NCBI GenBank assembly: GCA_021299335.1
Contig: JAJTGF010000004.1
Location: 5,885-69,884, forward strand
Direction: 5' to 3'
Length of the DNA stretch: 64,000 nucleotides
From: Cryomorphaceae bacterium
GTDB lineage: Bacteria > Bacteroidota > Bacteroidia > Flavobacteriales_D > Crocinitomicaceae
Part shown: positions 9,602 through 19,089 of the stretch, piece by piece
Numbering within the stretch: position 1 is the stretch's first letter
How the letters are laid out: each line of letters begins with the position of its first letter
Position numbers and translations under genes: made by a program
Notes under the pieces: generated by a model
What the model saw: the letters and a program-made list of their open reading frames with translations, nothing else
Database searches by the model: none
What the model was told of the DNA's origin: nothing

Positions 9602-12600
9602 TTAGCGGATTAATGTAATGTTTCCGGTGAATTTCTTTGTGCTGCCGTTCTCGTATGTGACGTCACAAACATAGGCGTACACACCGCTGTTACAAGGCTT
9701 TTCTTTGTAATTGCCGTCCCATTTGAATTGTTTATTGCTCGATGAGAAGACAAGATTGCCCCAGCGATCGACGATTTTGAAATTGATCGCTGCAATATCT
9801 TTTCCAGCAATAATTTGGTAGACTTCATTGAGGCCGTTGCCCACTCCATTTGGAGAAAAGGCGGTCGGGAAGAAAATGCCTGTTGCACATTCAGGACTGC
9901 TGCCATCGGGGTCGCAAGGGTTGAGGGGATCAGAACCGTTGGTTACTTCAGTGCCGTCGTTAATGCCATCTCCGTCCGTGTCCGGATTCAGAGGATTGGT
10001 ACCCAACACCCCTTCTTGAGCATCTGTGAGCCCATCAAAATCAGTATCAATTTGGCAACCTGGAAGGGTGTCGTCAGGGTCACAAGGATTCAGCGGATCA
10101 GAACCATTCGTTACCTCAGCGCCGTCCATGAGGCCGTCGCCGTCTGTATCTGGGTTGGTTGGATTGGTTCCGGCAGCATTTTCTTGGCTATTGGTGAGGC
10201 CATCGCCATCTTGGTCGCAAGGGCCCGCATTCGGATTCGGAATACATGGATCCGTGTTTGCAGGGTCTAATTCATCTGAAACACCATCGCCATCGGTGTC
10301 GGTAATGGAAGACTCCAGCGCATCGATGATGCCATCGCCATCGGTGTCGGTTGGAGAAGCGACATTTCCGATTTCAGCACAATCGTTTTCGCCATCGCCA
10401 TCGGTATCAGGGTTAGATGGGTCCGTACCTACTAAGTTTTCATCGACGTTTAAGCAGCCGTCATTATCGAGGTCTGGTACGTCTGGCACAAAAACGGCAA
10501 CAATGGTTTCTGGACCATTAATATTAATCGAATTATTGGCGGTAGTACTTGGTAGCGTTAACGGCCCGGTTGTAACCGTCCAATGACTAAACATGAAGCC
10601 TGGATTGGCATTTGGTTCAATTAAAGTTTGGATGCCACCAAAATAACTCGTGGACCATGGGTAGGAAGGTGGGTTAATGGAGTTGACCTGAATAGTGCCA
10701 GCACCCGCAGGGCTGACATCAAATGTAACTGCAAAAGGTCCTGAGAGCTGGTAGCAATCAATTAAGCCCTGTTCTAGTGCCAAGCAGCGCTGATTGATAA
10801 AATTTCGCAATTGGGTCACGCGCGATTGCCATCCATTGTAGGTGCCACCCCATTTAGCGCAATGCGCCGTCATTTCGGGCTCAATTTCGGCGACCATGCT
10901 GTCGAGTAGGGCCAACATACTTGTGCAGCTAAACGAAGTATTGATCAGGTCGATGTAACGCGTGATGTAATACTGCTCCACAATTGGATTTTGATTGATG
11001 AGTTTTTCAAGGATATCTGTGTGTCCTTGACCACCAGGATTCGGTAAGTTTTCTGCATTGCAAGGATCTGCATTGGCACTTGGATCGGGAATACCGGTAT
11101 AATTGATGTAGTGGCCAAATGTAGCGTCCATATCCCAGAGCGCATAGCCCCACTTTTTGTGGTCACCGGTGGTGTCGAGGCCACGCCACCAGGCAGTGTT
11201 CCAATTGAGCCAGTCTTGGTTAACTGTATACGAATTGATCATGAAATAATCGGCAAGCGATTTCCAACTGAGTAAGGAATCTACGTAATTGAAGTTTGCA
11301 GGATTACCCATGTTGTTGGTGAGAATGTAGTTGCGCAAAGCATTCCAGCTTGGCTGCGCATTCGGCGCACCGTATTCTTGCCAGGTACCACCCCAAGTTT
11401 TGAGGTAGTGCATATTGTATTTATTCTGGTCGTAGTATTCTTCGGCGTAGTCGTGGTCATCGGCTTTTTCGCGAATTTCATAAACGCCCCAGAAATTACC
11501 GTTGAGGTAAACAACAGCCGGACGCCAGGTGCGCTCGTCGAGTTTCATGTCGGCACGAATAGAAAGCGTATGGATAAAAGCATCTCGGATGTGGGCGCCT
11601 TGTTCAAATGGGTAGTTGTCGCTCGCGCCTGGTTTCAAAATCACACGTTGGAAATCGTTACGGCTTTTTTCAGGGAAAATCTCGTGATCGAGGTCTCCGT
11701 TGTGGCCGTATTGGTCTCGGCATATGAAGTCAAAACCGCGTTGTGCATATGCCCAGGAATCATTGCCGTGCTTATTAAAATCACCTTCTGATTCATCAAT
11801 AAAGGTTCCGTCTTGCTCAAAAAGTTCAAAAGAACCAATTCGATTCTGAGGATTTTGACTGCCGTTCGCTACCAAAGAATAAACCCCTTGGCTACAGACA
11901 GAAACTACCGGTACAGTATGGTTTACATTGATGAAATACGTATTGGTTTCTGTAAAGGAAGAAAGAGTGGTGCCAAATGCTGTTGCACGCAAGACTTTGG
12001 TGGTGGGGATGTTGATGGGGCCACTGTAGGCGGTAGATGTGGCAGTAGGATCTGAACCATCTAAAGTGTAGCGAATTGTTGCTGTCGGATCTGCGCAGGT
12101 AATGGATACCGTTTGGGCACCGCTGTAAAAGCCAGGCGCGAGACTAAAAACGGGTTTTGGAGGATAAAAATTGACGCCACCGGTGTTGTTGGCATTAGGC
12201 GTAGGGGTGGTAAATAATTTGAAATCAATAGCACCATTGCTCGAACGACCTACCGAATGGTTTGATTTGGTGAGATGAACGATTTTAAAGGAGTCTACAA
12301 CCACTGCTGATGGATTAGACAAGATGATCCAGTCGCCGTCGGTCTGAGATAAATTGAAATTAGGGTGGTATTGGTTACCGTTAACGAGGTCACGCTTGGA
12401 ACAAAAAACCATTTTGAAACCATTGGCATTGATGTTGCCACTCGGAATTTGCCACTTGGTCAAGTTGGTTGCTTTATCGGAAAGATACCAACCTGTTAAA
12501 TCTACTGCAGCAGCGGTGGTATTGTAGAGTTCAATCCAGTCTTCGCGTTCGCCATAGGCATCGGTCGGGCCGGACACGTTTGAACAAGAATATTCATTAA

Positions 12601-12664
12601 TGACAACCTGTGAGAATACAAATGAAGGAAGGCAAAAAAGCAAGGAGAGAAGTAAGTGTTTCAT
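9602..12664 (-). CDS. Secreted multidomain CotH-family protein: lamin-tail domain, chitobiase-C-like Ig, CotH kinase-like core, TSP type-3 Ca-binding repeats, T9SS type-B C-terminal sorting domain
   Basis: 1020 aa with a signal peptide. It starts with an LTD-like N-terminus (VVINEYSC...DWIELYNTT...DLTGWYLSD), followed by a CHB_HEX_C-like segment ([12 protein letters not shown]) and a central CotH-like region. Multiple DTDGDG..D repeats come next. The C-terminus ([16 protein letters not shown]...VDRWGNLVF...WDG......GVYAY...TGNITLIR) matches the gliding-motility/type-B CTD pattern. Confidence 0.75.
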   Translation of the reverse strand: MKHLLLSLLFCLPSFVFSQVVINEYSCSNVSGPTDAYGEREDWIELYNTTAAAVDLTGWYLSDKATNLTKWQIPSGNINANGFKMVFCSKRDLVNGNQYHPNFNLSQTDGDWIILSNPSAVVVDSFKIVHLTKSNHSVGRSSNGAIDFKLFTTPTPNANNTGGVNFYPPKPVFSLAPGFYSGAQTVSITCADPTATIRYTLDGSDPTATSTAYSGPINIPTTKVLRATAFGTTLSSFTETNTYFINVNHTVPVVSVCSQGVYSLVANGSQNPQNRIGSFELFEQDGTFIDESEGDFNKHGNDSWAYAQRGFDFICRDQYGHNGDLDHEIFPEKSRNDFQRVILKPGASDNYPFEQGAHIRDAFIHTLSIRADMKLDERTWRPAVVYLNGNFWGVYEIREKADDHDYAEEYYDQNKYNMHYLKTWGGTWQEYGAPNAQPSWNALRNYILTNNMGNPANFNYVDSLLSWKSLADYFMINSYTVNQDWLNWNTAWWRGLDTTGDHKKWGYALWDMDATFGHYINYTGIPDPSANADPCNAENLPNPGGQGHTDILEKLINQNPIVEQYYITRYIDLINTSFSCTSMLALLDSMVAEIEPEMTAHCAKWGGTYNGWQSRVTQLRNFINQRCLALEQGLIDCYQLSGPFAVTFDVSPAGAGTIQVNSINPPSYPWSTSYFGGIQTLIEPNANPGFMFSHWTVTTGPLTLPSTTANNSININGPETIVAVFVPDVPDLDNDGCLNVDENLVGTDPSNPDTDGDGENDCAEIGNVASPTDTDGDGIIDALESSITDTDGDGVSDELDPANTDPCIPNPNAGPCDQDGDGLTNSQENAAGTNPTNPDTDGDGLMDGAEVTNGSDPLNPCDPDDTLPGCQIDTDFDGLTDAQEGVLGTNPLNPDTDGDGINDGTEVTNGSDPLNPCDPDGSSPECATGIFFPTAFSPNGVGNGLNEVYQIIAGKDIAAINFKIVDRWGNLVFSSSNKQFKWDGNYKEKPCNSGVYAYVCDVTYENGSTKKFTGNITLIR
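9889..10459 (-). repeat. In-frame degenerate tandem repeats encoding thrombospondin type-3-like calcium-binding motifs
   Basis: Recurrent DNA blocks such as gccatcgccatcggtgtcgg (about 10277, 10331, 10391) encode DTDGDG..D..E units within the CotH-family ORF. Confidence 0.7.
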
Positions 12665-12776
12665 TTAGCTCGGTTTAGCGTGACCAATATTACTGAAATA
12701 TCAATTTTAATCCAAACAAACAGACGCAAGAAGCAGCAAAAAGTTGTTTTTTTCTTAACATTGTCAAAAAAAAGCA

Positions 12777-13208
12777 ATGAAGCAACTTTCCTTAATTTTA
12801 TTTCTATCCATTTTAATCCTCGGATTCACCAGTTGTAAAAAGTACGAAGGTGAAGGAGGGCGCAGTAAAATCACTGGTAAAATTACCGTGAATGAAAAGC
12901 TCTACATCAATGGGGCATTGGCTCAAACCGTCAGTTACCCTGGGGCCACTGAAGATGTTTATATCGTTTATGGAACGCAAGACAGCATTTTTGACGACAA
13001 AATAGAATGCAACTACGACGGCAGTTTCAGCTTTAATTATTTATTCCCGGGTACCTACACCGTCTATGCCTACAACGAGGTTTTTCATACGGGTAATTCC
13101 ATCACCAACAACGACGATGATTACTACACCAAAGAACCCGTCAAATTTACCGTAGAGATTGGTAAAAATGAAACCAAAGATTTGGGTGAAATTACCGTGA
13201 TCCGATAA
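12777..13208 (+). CDS. Small lipoprotein, carboxypeptidase-regulatory/transthyretin-like fold candidate
   Basis: 143 aa with a lipobox (LILGFTSC) and the pattern ITGKITV...DGSFSFNYLFPGTYTVYAY reminiscent of CarboxypepD_reg-like domains. Confidence 0.45.
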   Translation: MKQLSLILFLSILILGFTSCKKYEGEGGRSKITGKITVNEKLYINGALAQTVSYPGATEDVYIVYGTQDSIFDDKIECNYDGSFSFNYLFPGTYTVYAYNEVFHTGNSITNNDDDYYTKEPVKFTVEIGKNETKDLGEITVIR

Positions 13209-13210
13209 GC

Positions 13211-13927
13211 ATGCGCAGCTTTATTCTCAGTTTTTTGTTCATCCCCTTTTTGGGCATGAGTCAGAACAGCACAGTCTTCCAAGTATGGAATGAAGCAGGT
13301 GTTAGTTATAAAATCGACAAAAAACAAAGTTTGGCATTTGACCTCACCACCCGACACGGTGCGGGAGGTGTTCAGACCTTTTTTCCGCAAATCTCCTATA
13401 AGTATAAACTCAATAAATACATCCGTCCTTCTGTTGATTATCGTTATATCGCAAATCGAAATTCAGAACAAAATTTTACACTTGAGCACCGCATCAATGC
13501 CAATTTACAGTTCTCATACGACTTTGATCGCTTACAACTGGGTCTGAGAGGTCGCTATCAATTTACGACGAATAGGCTCGCCAATAATTATGAGCCGGAA
13601 TTTGGTGAAGCGTTTCGCCTCAAGCCGAGTATGGCTTATGACATCAAAAAATCCATCTTGGCACCGCAGGCCTCTATGGAGTTTTTTACTGGTCCTATGG
13701 ATGGGCAACAGGGGTATCACCTCAACAGAATTCGATGGAGTATCGGAATTGGCTTTGAATGGGAAAGTCCACACGCCTTCGAAATTGCTTATTTGTATGA
13801 CCAACGCATCAATAGCCCAGGTTCATTGAACAGGGCCATCCTTAATTTTTCTTATGGCTACAGTATTGGAGAAATGAAATCTTCCAAAAAACAAGGCCCT
13901 AAAAAAGCCCCGCCCCGTTATCTCTAA
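13211..13927 (+). CDS. Predicted outer-membrane beta-barrel protein (possibly DUF2490-like)
   Basis: 238 aa with a signal peptide and alternating aromatic/hydrophilic strands. It starts 2 nt after the preceding lipoprotein stop. The family assignment is from memory only. Confidence 0.4.
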   Translation: MRSFILSFLFIPFLGMSQNSTVFQVWNEAGVSYKIDKKQSLAFDLTTRHGAGGVQTFFPQISYKYKLNKYIRPSVDYRYIANRNSEQNFTLEHRINANLQFSYDFDRLQLGLRGRYQFTTNRLANNYEPEFGEAFRLKPSMAYDIKKSILAPQASMEFFTGPMDGQQGYHLNRIRWSIGIGFEWESPHAFEIAYLYDQRINSPGSLNRAILNFSYGYSIGEMKSSKKQGPKKAPPRYL

Positions 13928-13928
13928 A

Positions 13929-15500
13929 TTAATCCGAATAATGATTGGCGGCTAAGCGCTCCAATACAACTTGTAGATTCTCATCTTTCTTTTGCTGACG
14001 CGACTCTAAAGCTGTAGTCGTAAAATACTGGTGCTGCTTGAGGAATTTGACTTGGATGGTATCCCACTCTTTTCGAGATTTGATTTTACCCATTTCCGTG
14101 AGCTCTTTTCTGAGGTTGTCGGCAATTTGCTCAAAATCATCGCGGCCAAGATAATCTAGATCGGCGTCGCAAATAATTTCTTGAAGTTTGTTGATGGGTT
14201 TATGAGGGATTTCGGTCGCGTGGATCAACTCTACAATCGTTTTGACGTGCTGTTCGGTGTAGCCATATTTAGGCAAGATTTCCTGCGCCATTCGAGCCCC
14301 TATTGCCTCGTTGTGGTCATATTGTTCTATAAATCCCGCATCGTGGAAAATGGCCGCTGTTTTGAGCAAAAACAAACCCTCATCTGTAACGCCTTCGAGC
14401 AAGGCGATGCGCTCCACTGATTTAACGACGTCCTTGGTATGGTTGATGGAGTGGTAATACAAACTCGAAGCCAGATTTTTTTGTAAGATGCCCATCACAT
14501 GGTGCTCCGTCTTGTAATATTTAATCGAACTGTAATGATGCAGTTTTTTGATTTCCTCGAAACGAGAATTTGGAATCAGGCCTTCTCCGTTCACCGATAA
14601 CTCGGGCTTGATACGCTGTACGACATACATGTCTACCTTGGTGCGTGATTTGGTCAATGCCTTGCCCTTGTAGTCGCATTCAAAATAAGGTTCAATATAC
14701 TGAAAAGTATTGCCCGTTACTGTCACTTTTCCGGGCTCACCGAGCATTTCCATGCGCTGTGCTAAATTGACCGAAGACCCCCAAACGTCATAAGCCAGGC
14801 GGATATTGCCGATGATACCCGCAATAACAGGCCCCGTATTGATCCCCAAGCGGATTTCCCAGTAATCTTCGTGATCTGCAATGGCTTCATACTTGAGTTT
14901 GTCCATAAACGCTTGGATTTGTAGCGCTGCACAGCAAGCATCTATAGGATTGGTCGAATTTTCTACTGGCACACCGCCAGCACACATGTAGGCATCGCCT
15001 ATCGTTTTGATTTTCTCTAAGTTGTTGGCCTGAATAATTTCGTCAAACTTTTGAAATAAGATATCGAGTTTGGAGACAATGCGGCTTGGTACCATTGATT
15101 CTGAGATACGCGTAAAGCCTACGACATCGGTAAACATGATGCTCACCTGTTTGAATGCCTGTGCTTTTACTTTGCCATTGCGCTTGAGCTCAATCACAAC
15201 CTCTGAGGGCAACGTATTGAGCAACCATTGCTCGGTGCGGTCTTTCTCTCGTTGCAAGAGTGCTTGTTGCTCAACAACCTTATTCTTTTCTTCTTCTAAC
15301 AAGCGCTTCTGCTCCTCAATCTTGGTTTTTTGAAGGCGTATTTCTTTGGTGCGTTCGGCAATTTTGACTTCCAAACGCACTTGATTTCTCCGCGAAGTCT
15401 CGATGCGACGCCGTATGAAAACAAATACGAGCAACAAAAAAAGTGAGGCCGCCAAAATAGACAGCCACCACGATTGAAAAATAAAAAGAGAAATACCCAA
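13929..15500 (-). CDS. Membrane-anchored class III adenylate cyclase fused to a C-terminal HD-domain phosphohydrolase
   Basis: 523 aa with an apparent TTG start. It has a single N-terminal TM and a long coiled coil (EQKRLLEEEKNKVVEQQALLQREKDR). The cyclase core has FTDVVGFT, IKTIGDAYM, RLGINTGPVIAGIIG and YDVWGSSVNLAQRME. The HD module follows (YHSINHTKDV...AAIFHDAGF...CDADLDYLGR). Confidence 0.8.
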   Translation of the reverse strand: MGISLFIFQSWWLSILAASLFLLLVFVFIRRRIETSRRNQVRLEVKIAERTKEIRLQKTKIEEQKRLLEEEKNKVVEQQALLQREKDRTEQWLLNTLPSEVVIELKRNGKVKAQAFKQVSIMFTDVVGFTRISESMVPSRIVSKLDILFQKFDEIIQANNLEKIKTIGDAYMCAGGVPVENSTNPIDACCAALQIQAFMDKLKYEAIADHEDYWEIRLGINTGPVIAGIIGNIRLAYDVWGSSVNLAQRMEMLGEPGKVTVTGNTFQYIEPYFECDYKGKALTKSRTKVDMYVVQRIKPELSVNGEGLIPNSRFEEIKKLHHYSSIKYYKTEHHVMGILQKNLASSLYYHSINHTKDVVKSVERIALLEGVTDEGLFLLKTAAIFHDAGFIEQYDHNEAIGARMAQEILPKYGYTEQHVKTIVELIHATEIPHKPINKLQEIICDADLDYLGRDDFEQIADNLRKELTEMGKIKSRKEWDTIQVKFLKQHQYFTTTALESRQQKKDENLQVVLERLAANHYSD

Positions 15501-15518
15501 AATCTGAAATTCGAGCGC

Positions 15519-16634
15519 TTAAAATCTATAGAACCAACTCGCCATTGGCAATGGGAATGAAACCTCATTTGGTACAATCACTCCAGCTAAACTGATCTGA
15601 AAAGCCTTCGTTTCACTTCTCTGAAAACGCATGCCGGGCATAATCACTAATAGATTTTGATAGTTGGTAGTAGAAAAGACCGTTTCAGTCCATTCACTCA
15701 CCACAACCTGTTGCAATGTTCCATTCGCGTCATATTGCGGTGTTTGAGTCTGATTAACCTGAGCGTAAGTCGATTTTTCTGAACCAATGATATACATACA
15801 ATCGTAGATAAAACTAGCCTTTTTCCCAACTTTAGCCTGACCTGCAAGTCCAATGATGGGTGCAATAAATGATGATTTATCTAACCCTTGGTAGCTGTAA
15901 TCTACTGGAATATCAGGCCACCAACCATTACCAACAGCTGCATACGTTCCAGGTACATAAACAGTAGGGCTCCAGCTGTTATTTCCAGGATTGAAATATC
16001 CATAACCAACTGAAAGCGTAGCGTTATTGCGGCGGTCGCCGTAGGTGATCATGCCCCAATGTAGACCGCCAAAGCCCCTGCCTTGATTGAGGTAGCCTGA
16101 AGTGCCAAGCAAAGTTCCGACGCCATAATTGATTTTTGGATTCGACGTGCCGCGTGTGAACTTTAGGGCCAGTGCAATTGGTGATCCTATCCAGGTAGAC
16201 ATCACGCCAACCGAAAAATCTTTGTGGACTGCAAAATGGACTTCTGGGCCATAAAGGTTGACCATCGCGTAATTCTCTCCTTTTTTAATTGGAAAACAAT
16301 TGGTGGTAAACTGGTAACGCGTTGTAAAAACGCCCGCACTACTGAATTCACCTTTCGCGACATCCTCGGCATAATCAATAGGACGCATCGATTTGATATC
16401 GCTTTTAGGTATGTAAATTTTACCTAATGATTTGGTCTCAATGAGCACCTCGCGGCCATCATCGGAAAGGATTAGCCCCACATATTCATTGCCATCGTTT
16501 TTAATGATGAGGTATTTTGTGGTGTCTGAACTTGGCGAAGCTGTATTTGGTGTTTGAGCATTCAAAGCGGTACACCAAAAAGTGACCGAGATGAATGTAG
16601 CTAAATAAAAAAAGAAATTTTTCATGGTAGACAT
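15519..16634 (-). CDS. Secreted/outer-membrane barrel-like protein, unnamed family, paralogue A
   Basis: 371 aa with a signal peptide and a C-terminal SWFYRF. It shows strong similarity to ORF 19090..20190 (for example GVFTTRYQFTTNCFPIKKGENYAMVNLYGPEVHFAV). Confidence 0.6.
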   Translation of the reverse strand: MSTMKNFFFYLATFISVTFWCTALNAQTPNTASPSSDTTKYLIIKNDGNEYVGLILSDDGREVLIETKSLGKIYIPKSDIKSMRPIDYAEDVAKGEFSSAGVFTTRYQFTTNCFPIKKGENYAMVNLYGPEVHFAVHKDFSVGVMSTWIGSPIALALKFTRGTSNPKINYGVGTLLGTSGYLNQGRGFGGLHWGMITYGDRRNNATLSVGYGYFNPGNNSWSPTVYVPGTYAAVGNGWWPDIPVDYSYQGLDKSSFIAPIIGLAGQAKVGKKASFIYDCMYIIGSEKSTYAQVNQTQTPQYDANGTLQQVVVSEWTETVFSTTNYQNLLVIMPGMRFQRSETKAFQISLAGVIVPNEVSFPLPMASWFYRF

Positions 16635-16679
16635 TGTTTCAAGTTTGGATACGTAAAATTAGTAAGAACGTTGCAATAA

Positions 16680-16716
16680 GGCAAAAGCGCCCTGACTTCC
16701 GAAGAAGCAGAGCGCT
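16680..16716 (-). terminator. Rho-independent terminator candidate after the 16779..17975 gene
   Basis: The minus strand reads AGCGCTCTGCTTC-TTCG-GAAGTCAGGGCGCT followed by TTTTGCC. The stem is imperfect (one mismatch, one bulge). Confidence 0.45.
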
Positions 16717-16778
16717 AATGTGATGCACAATTGGAGAATTATGCAAGATCTCATAAGAGTTTATTTGGTTCTAGTTGA

Positions 16779-17975
16779 CTAGTAATATCTTTGTGGGCTG
16801 GTTGTTTTGTTGATAGGCTGTTTGCTTTTTTGTACGTTAAAGCCCATATTGACACCCAAGAATCCGCCACCTTTTTGTGAACTGTAAAATAAGTTTACTG
16901 GGATGTTGAGGGCTCCTGCTTGAAAAGTACGTCCAAAGGCAATCAAGAAAGAGGTGCTCAATCTTTTCGTTCCGTCTCTATCGAAATGACGTTCAAAACC
17001 AGGGTCGAGTACATTGACTTGCTCAGGTGTTGTGAGGTCGTCGTAGCCACCATCGTTTACCCAATCGTATTCACGATAGTAAATACCTTTGGCTCCAAAC
17101 TTTCCATCGAGGTCAAGGTAGCCACTTGAAGTAGACGAGATACCGAAACGCGGGCCAAAAGCGAATTCCCAGTTGGCTTTTCCAAAACGGAAACCATTCA
17201 ACAAAGAAAAAGAAGGAATAAATTGGCTTTGCTCGAGGCCAGAAACATTGATGATCCCTTCTACTAATGCGGAGAAGTTTTCGGTACCCACATACTGACC
17301 CTCAATTTGGTAACCAATCATAGAGGTAAAGGGTTGGATCCCTAAACCGCCATATTGAGTTGAACGCGTAGCAAATTCAGCGACATCTCCTGTTAATACG
17401 GCACCGCCAATACGCGGTCCAGAATTATTGATTTTACCGACATTATTAGAAGTAATGACCTCATTTTTGAAAGCCAAACGATCAGAAAGTACTTTGTCTA
17501 CGGTAAGGCCATGCATTTCGGCCAAAACAATTTCGATCATGCGTTGAATTTCCAATTCTTGGTTGTCAAACTCGCGCACAGAAGACTTGTACAAACATTG
17601 TGCTCTTACGTCAAGAATTTTAACCGTAACCACAATTTTATTACCCAAGCCATCGATAGAACCTGACATGACGTAATCAACTTTAAGTTCTTCGCCTAAT
17701 TTTGACAAACATGATTGCCCGTAGCAACCAACTTTGTATTCCTCTTTAGACTTGATCACCTCGTTCATGTCGAACTCATCGTAAACTTTGTATTTGTTGA
17801 TTTTAATGAGCTCTAAACGCATCATTTTTGCCACTGACTCAGGCTTAACAGTAAGTGCATTTACATTAGGGTTAGCAACAGCGATGGTACTGCTCTGTTG
17901 CGCAAAATAATTAGCAGCGCCAGAAAAGAAAATGGCCACTAATAAAAAGATAGATTGTAATTTTTTTGTTTTCAT
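16779..17975 (-). CDS. Secreted protein with a TolB-N/FlgO/LpoB-like N-terminal module and a Gly-rich barrel-like C-terminal half
   Basis: The ATG at 17975 (MKTKKLQSIFLLVAIFFSGAANYFAQ) is preferred over the track start at 18008. The N-terminal pattern is IAVANPNVN....A.MMRLELIK...YKVYD...LGEELKVDYVMSGSIDGLGNKIVVTVKILDV. The C-terminal half is rich in G/F/Y strands. Confidence 0.5.
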   Translation of the reverse strand: MKTKKLQSIFLLVAIFFSGAANYFAQQSSTIAVANPNVNALTVKPESVAKMMRLELIKINKYKVYDEFDMNEVIKSKEEYKVGCYGQSCLSKLGEELKVDYVMSGSIDGLGNKIVVTVKILDVRAQCLYKSSVREFDNQELEIQRMIEIVLAEMHGLTVDKVLSDRLAFKNEVITSNNVGKINNSGPRIGGAVLTGDVAEFATRSTQYGGLGIQPFTSMIGYQIEGQYVGTENFSALVEGIINVSGLEQSQFIPSFSLLNGFRFGKANWEFAFGPRFGISSTSSGYLDLDGKFGAKGIYYREYDWVNDGGYDDLTTPEQVNVLDPGFERHFDRDGTKRLSTSFLIAFGRTFQAGALNIPVNLFYSSQKGGGFLGVNMGFNVQKSKQPINKTTSPQRYY

Positions 17976-18073
17976 AGTATACAATTTGATGGTACAAAGA
18001 TGACCCAACTTTTCTTCAGGTGAAAACTGAATTTCGGAGCCGCTATCTGTTGAGTTGCGAAAAACGCAAGTGA

Positions 18074-19087
18074 CTAAGAAAGAAAGTCGAGATCTGCTTC
18101 AATTTTCTTTCTGAACATGCCAATCGTTTTTTCAAAATCCACAAAGAAATTATTGCGCTCTCTTTCATTGACCACGCTGATCAAACTAGAATTGGCTAAT
18201 TGTTTGTCGATGACCTGCTTGGCATCTTGCACATATTGTGGATCTGTCGTTTGCAGATAATTCATGATGTTGTGTGAAAGAAACAGGCCTTGTTTGTCTT
18301 TGCTCTCGTAATAGAAGGCCGAGTCTGCATTGATGGTTTCATTTAAATACATTTCAAAACGATTGCCCGTTGCCGGGACTTGCGTGCCGTAAATGAATTT
18401 TTTACCGTGGTCTGCCTGCTCGCGAAGGTGCGCTGAGAACATCAGTAAGCGATCGCACAAAAAAAGCGCATAGGTAGGGTCCTCGAACTGGTTAGATTTA
18501 TAGTAGTAATGAATTTGGCGCAAAAAGCCTCGCATGAGTTCAGGATCAAAAATCTCTACAGAAGGAATCGTATTGTATGAATGAAGTATGGCCTTACCCA
18601 GTTCAAAAGCGCGTTCTGTGGTTTTTTCGTGCTTAAACAGTACATTTTTATAATCGGGGATTTGCAAGTGCGTCTTGGCCCAAAAGAACAATTTAAAACG
18701 CACTAACTGCGGGAAATTAAGCAACTGAAAGAAATGCGTGTTGTTGATCGTCAGCATAATTTTCGGCTCTTCTAGATGGCGCAGGCGTTCAAATGCTTCC
18801 AAAATGCCTTCTAGATAAGATTCCAAGGAGAAATCATAGGCATTGAGTGGCGTGTAACGGAAAATGACATTCGTTTTTTGCTGCTGGATGAGTGAATCAA
18901 AAGAAATGTCGAAGGTCTTGCAAAGTCTTTTGAGTTCATCGATGGTCAGGGCGGTTTCATTGCGCATGCGTCGATAGGCCGCATCCATGCTCACGTGAAG
19001 TGTTTCACTCAACACATGACCTAGTGCATCTCCGGGCGGGAGCTTGGCTTTGATGAGTTGTAACAATTGATCTTGTACTGTATCCAT
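18074..19087 (-). CDS. Helix-turn-helix transcriptional regulator with a large uncharacterised C-terminal domain
   Basis: 337 aa with an N-terminal HTH-like segment (LGHVLSETLHVSMDAAYRRMRNETALTIDELKRLCKTFDISFDSL). No TM or signal peptide. Confidence 0.55.
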   Translation of the reverse strand: MDTVQDQLLQLIKAKLPPGDALGHVLSETLHVSMDAAYRRMRNETALTIDELKRLCKTFDISFDSLIQQQKTNVIFRYTPLNAYDFSLESYLEGILEAFERLRHLEEPKIMLTINNTHFFQLLNFPQLVRFKLFFWAKTHLQIPDYKNVLFKHEKTTERAFELGKAILHSYNTIPSVEIFDPELMRGFLRQIHYYYKSNQFEDPTYALFLCDRLLMFSAHLREQADHGKKFIYGTQVPATGNRFEMYLNETINADSAFYYESKDKQGLFLSHNIMNYLQTTDPQYVQDAKQVIDKQLANSSLISVVNERERNNFFVDFEKTIGMFRKKIEADLDFLS

Positions 19088-19089
19088 AC

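Noticed and set aside
10026-10586. 186-aa plus-strand ORF with repeated SPSPSVSG units; also considered the periodic DNA repeats as a possible CRISPR-like array
   Set aside because: The periodicity is the antisense image of the in-frame TSP type-3 repeats of the CotH-family gene. The repeats are degenerate, there are no unique spacers of constant length, and the region is clearly coding on the minus strand.
13929-15500. Cyclase as part of a cyclic-nucleotide anti-phage system (Pycsar/CBASS-like)
   Set aside because: The cyclase has Lys/Asp purine (ATP) specificity residues and a TM plus coiled-coil signalling architecture. No adjacent TIR, TM-effector, nuclease or patatin gene is present. 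The neighbours are envelope proteins and a regulator, so a signalling role is more likely than defence.
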